NCBI GenBank assembly: GCA_053919585.1
Contig: CM132790.1
Length of the DNA: 64,000 nt
DNA from: Euprymna scolopes
Taxonomy: Eukaryota
Reading direction: 5' to 3' (one strand)
How positions within the stretch are numbered: position 1 is the first letter of the stretch; every line of letters begins with the position of its first letter. This document shows, one piece after another, positions 62,773 to 64,000 of the stretch. Both the position numbers and the translations under genes were made by a program. Below the pieces are notes generated by a model. It was not told the DNA's origin. It searched no databases and worked only from the letters and a program-made list of their open reading frames with translations.

Positions 62773-64000
62773 AATCTACTTGAACCAGAAACAAGGAAAT
62801 ACATTCCTCATATATTGCTTTAGAATTTATTTTACTTAAATTATTTCTTATACCTTTTTTCATTAACGATCACAACATTGTGATTCAAATAATCGTTTGT
62901 TTTCGGAATTAATTTCCAGTTTTCGTATTGATTACCTCTAAAAATTTCAGAGAGTAACAATGACAATTATATAAAAAAATATTTTCGCCGCATATTTTAA
63001 CTTGAAAAAGATCTTTTCTCCATTTGTATTCATTTAAATGTCCTATTGACAGTCAGCAAAATAATTATATAAAAGAGTAGCAATAGAGACATATTTAGAA
63101 ATTAAAAAAAACACGTTTTGAAATAAAGAAGTTTTTAACATTTAAAATTGATTTGACTTTCTAAGAAACTGTCTATACTGTTTACCAAAAACAATTCTGT
63201 GAGTGACAAACAAATCACTTGTAAAATGAGTTTCTCTTGAATATTTCGACATTAATATGCTTATAATGTTACCATGCATTTGATTTTTTTACATATTTTT
63301 TGGACGACTGTGCGTTTTTTTTTCGAAGTGAGCCAATCAAATATGTAAAATTATTGAATTAAAATATTTTGATTTGGAAAGTTCGCTAAAGGTTTTATTA
63401 ATTTCTATAGACTTAATTCTCATAGACCAGCGACTAATTATTTTAGAAAGTGAAAATGAAAATTCATATCAAATTTATTATTAGATATTCTAATATGAAT
63501 ATTCTCTGGCATAGTTGAATCTATATAGAAATTCGATCAAACAATTCTAAGAAAGTAAACTCCTGGTCTAATGAATTTTGTTAGAATATTTTTACATAAA
63601 TAATTAGAAATTCAAATAGGAAAATATTGAAATTATATTACTTCGTGGCATTTTATATTAAATAAATTATTTTACATTTATTCCTGCATAATATTCTCTT
63701 TTGTCTGCATCATTGACCAGGATTTCCCGAACGTAACGATCAACTATATGATAAAATAAATTATTTTTAAGCATTTTTACAATAATAAGCTGTAAACCTT
63801 TTAAATCTTTTTGTAATCTTGTGATTGATTTTCAGCACAAATTGAAAATTTCAGAGAGTACAATGAAAACGTATTTTAACTCATATGAACTTATAATATT
63901 TTGACTTGTATAACCTGTTTATATTTTTATTTTTATAGAAATGTATCATATATATAGACGGCCAAGCAAGAATTTCAAGGAATAACAATAATAATCCATT

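Larger units (their letters stand above)
60850..64000. repeat. Old, highly degenerate ~120-125-bp AT-rich tandem repeat, interrupted by SINEs
   Basis: TTTCAGAGAGTAACAA-like motif at ~60860, 60980, 61100, 61222, 61980, 62946, 63073, 63197, 63730, 63849, 63975. Confidence 0.55.

Overview
AT-rich eukaryotic (most likely invertebrate animal) nuclear DNA. It has no recognisable intact host gene and two assembly gaps (18827-19181, 47711-47843). The window is almost entirely repeat-derived. (i) Three decayed copies of one CR1/L2-group LINE. (ii) A Ty3/gypsy pol remnant interrupted inside its integrase by a 5.26-kb hAT transposon (18-bp TIRs, 8-bp TSD, dead transposase); the hAT itself carries two non-autonomous Helitron insertions and a hammerhead-like motif. 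(iii) A ~25.6-kb GC/CpG-rich satellite of 37-39-bp monomers (~21291-46901) with a 189-bp pentameric and kb-scale higher-order structure, bracketed by a ~135-bp direct repeat. (iv) Tc1/mariner relics, a four-unit head-to-tail Helitron array and a MITE. (v) Several small-RNA-derived elements (U2-, 5S- and tRNA-headed). Two signals stand out. First, four type I hammerhead ribozyme motifs with palindromic helix III, one with an intact core; two sit directly behind tRNA-type Pol III promoter boxes, suggesting a tRNA-head/hammerhead SINE-like family. Second, the satellite monomer reads 5'-TC...hairpin...CCCCCGCTAG-3' and aligns with the 3' terminus of the local Helitron family, so the array looks like a concatemer of a minimal Helitron end. 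All alignments and identities were done by eye.
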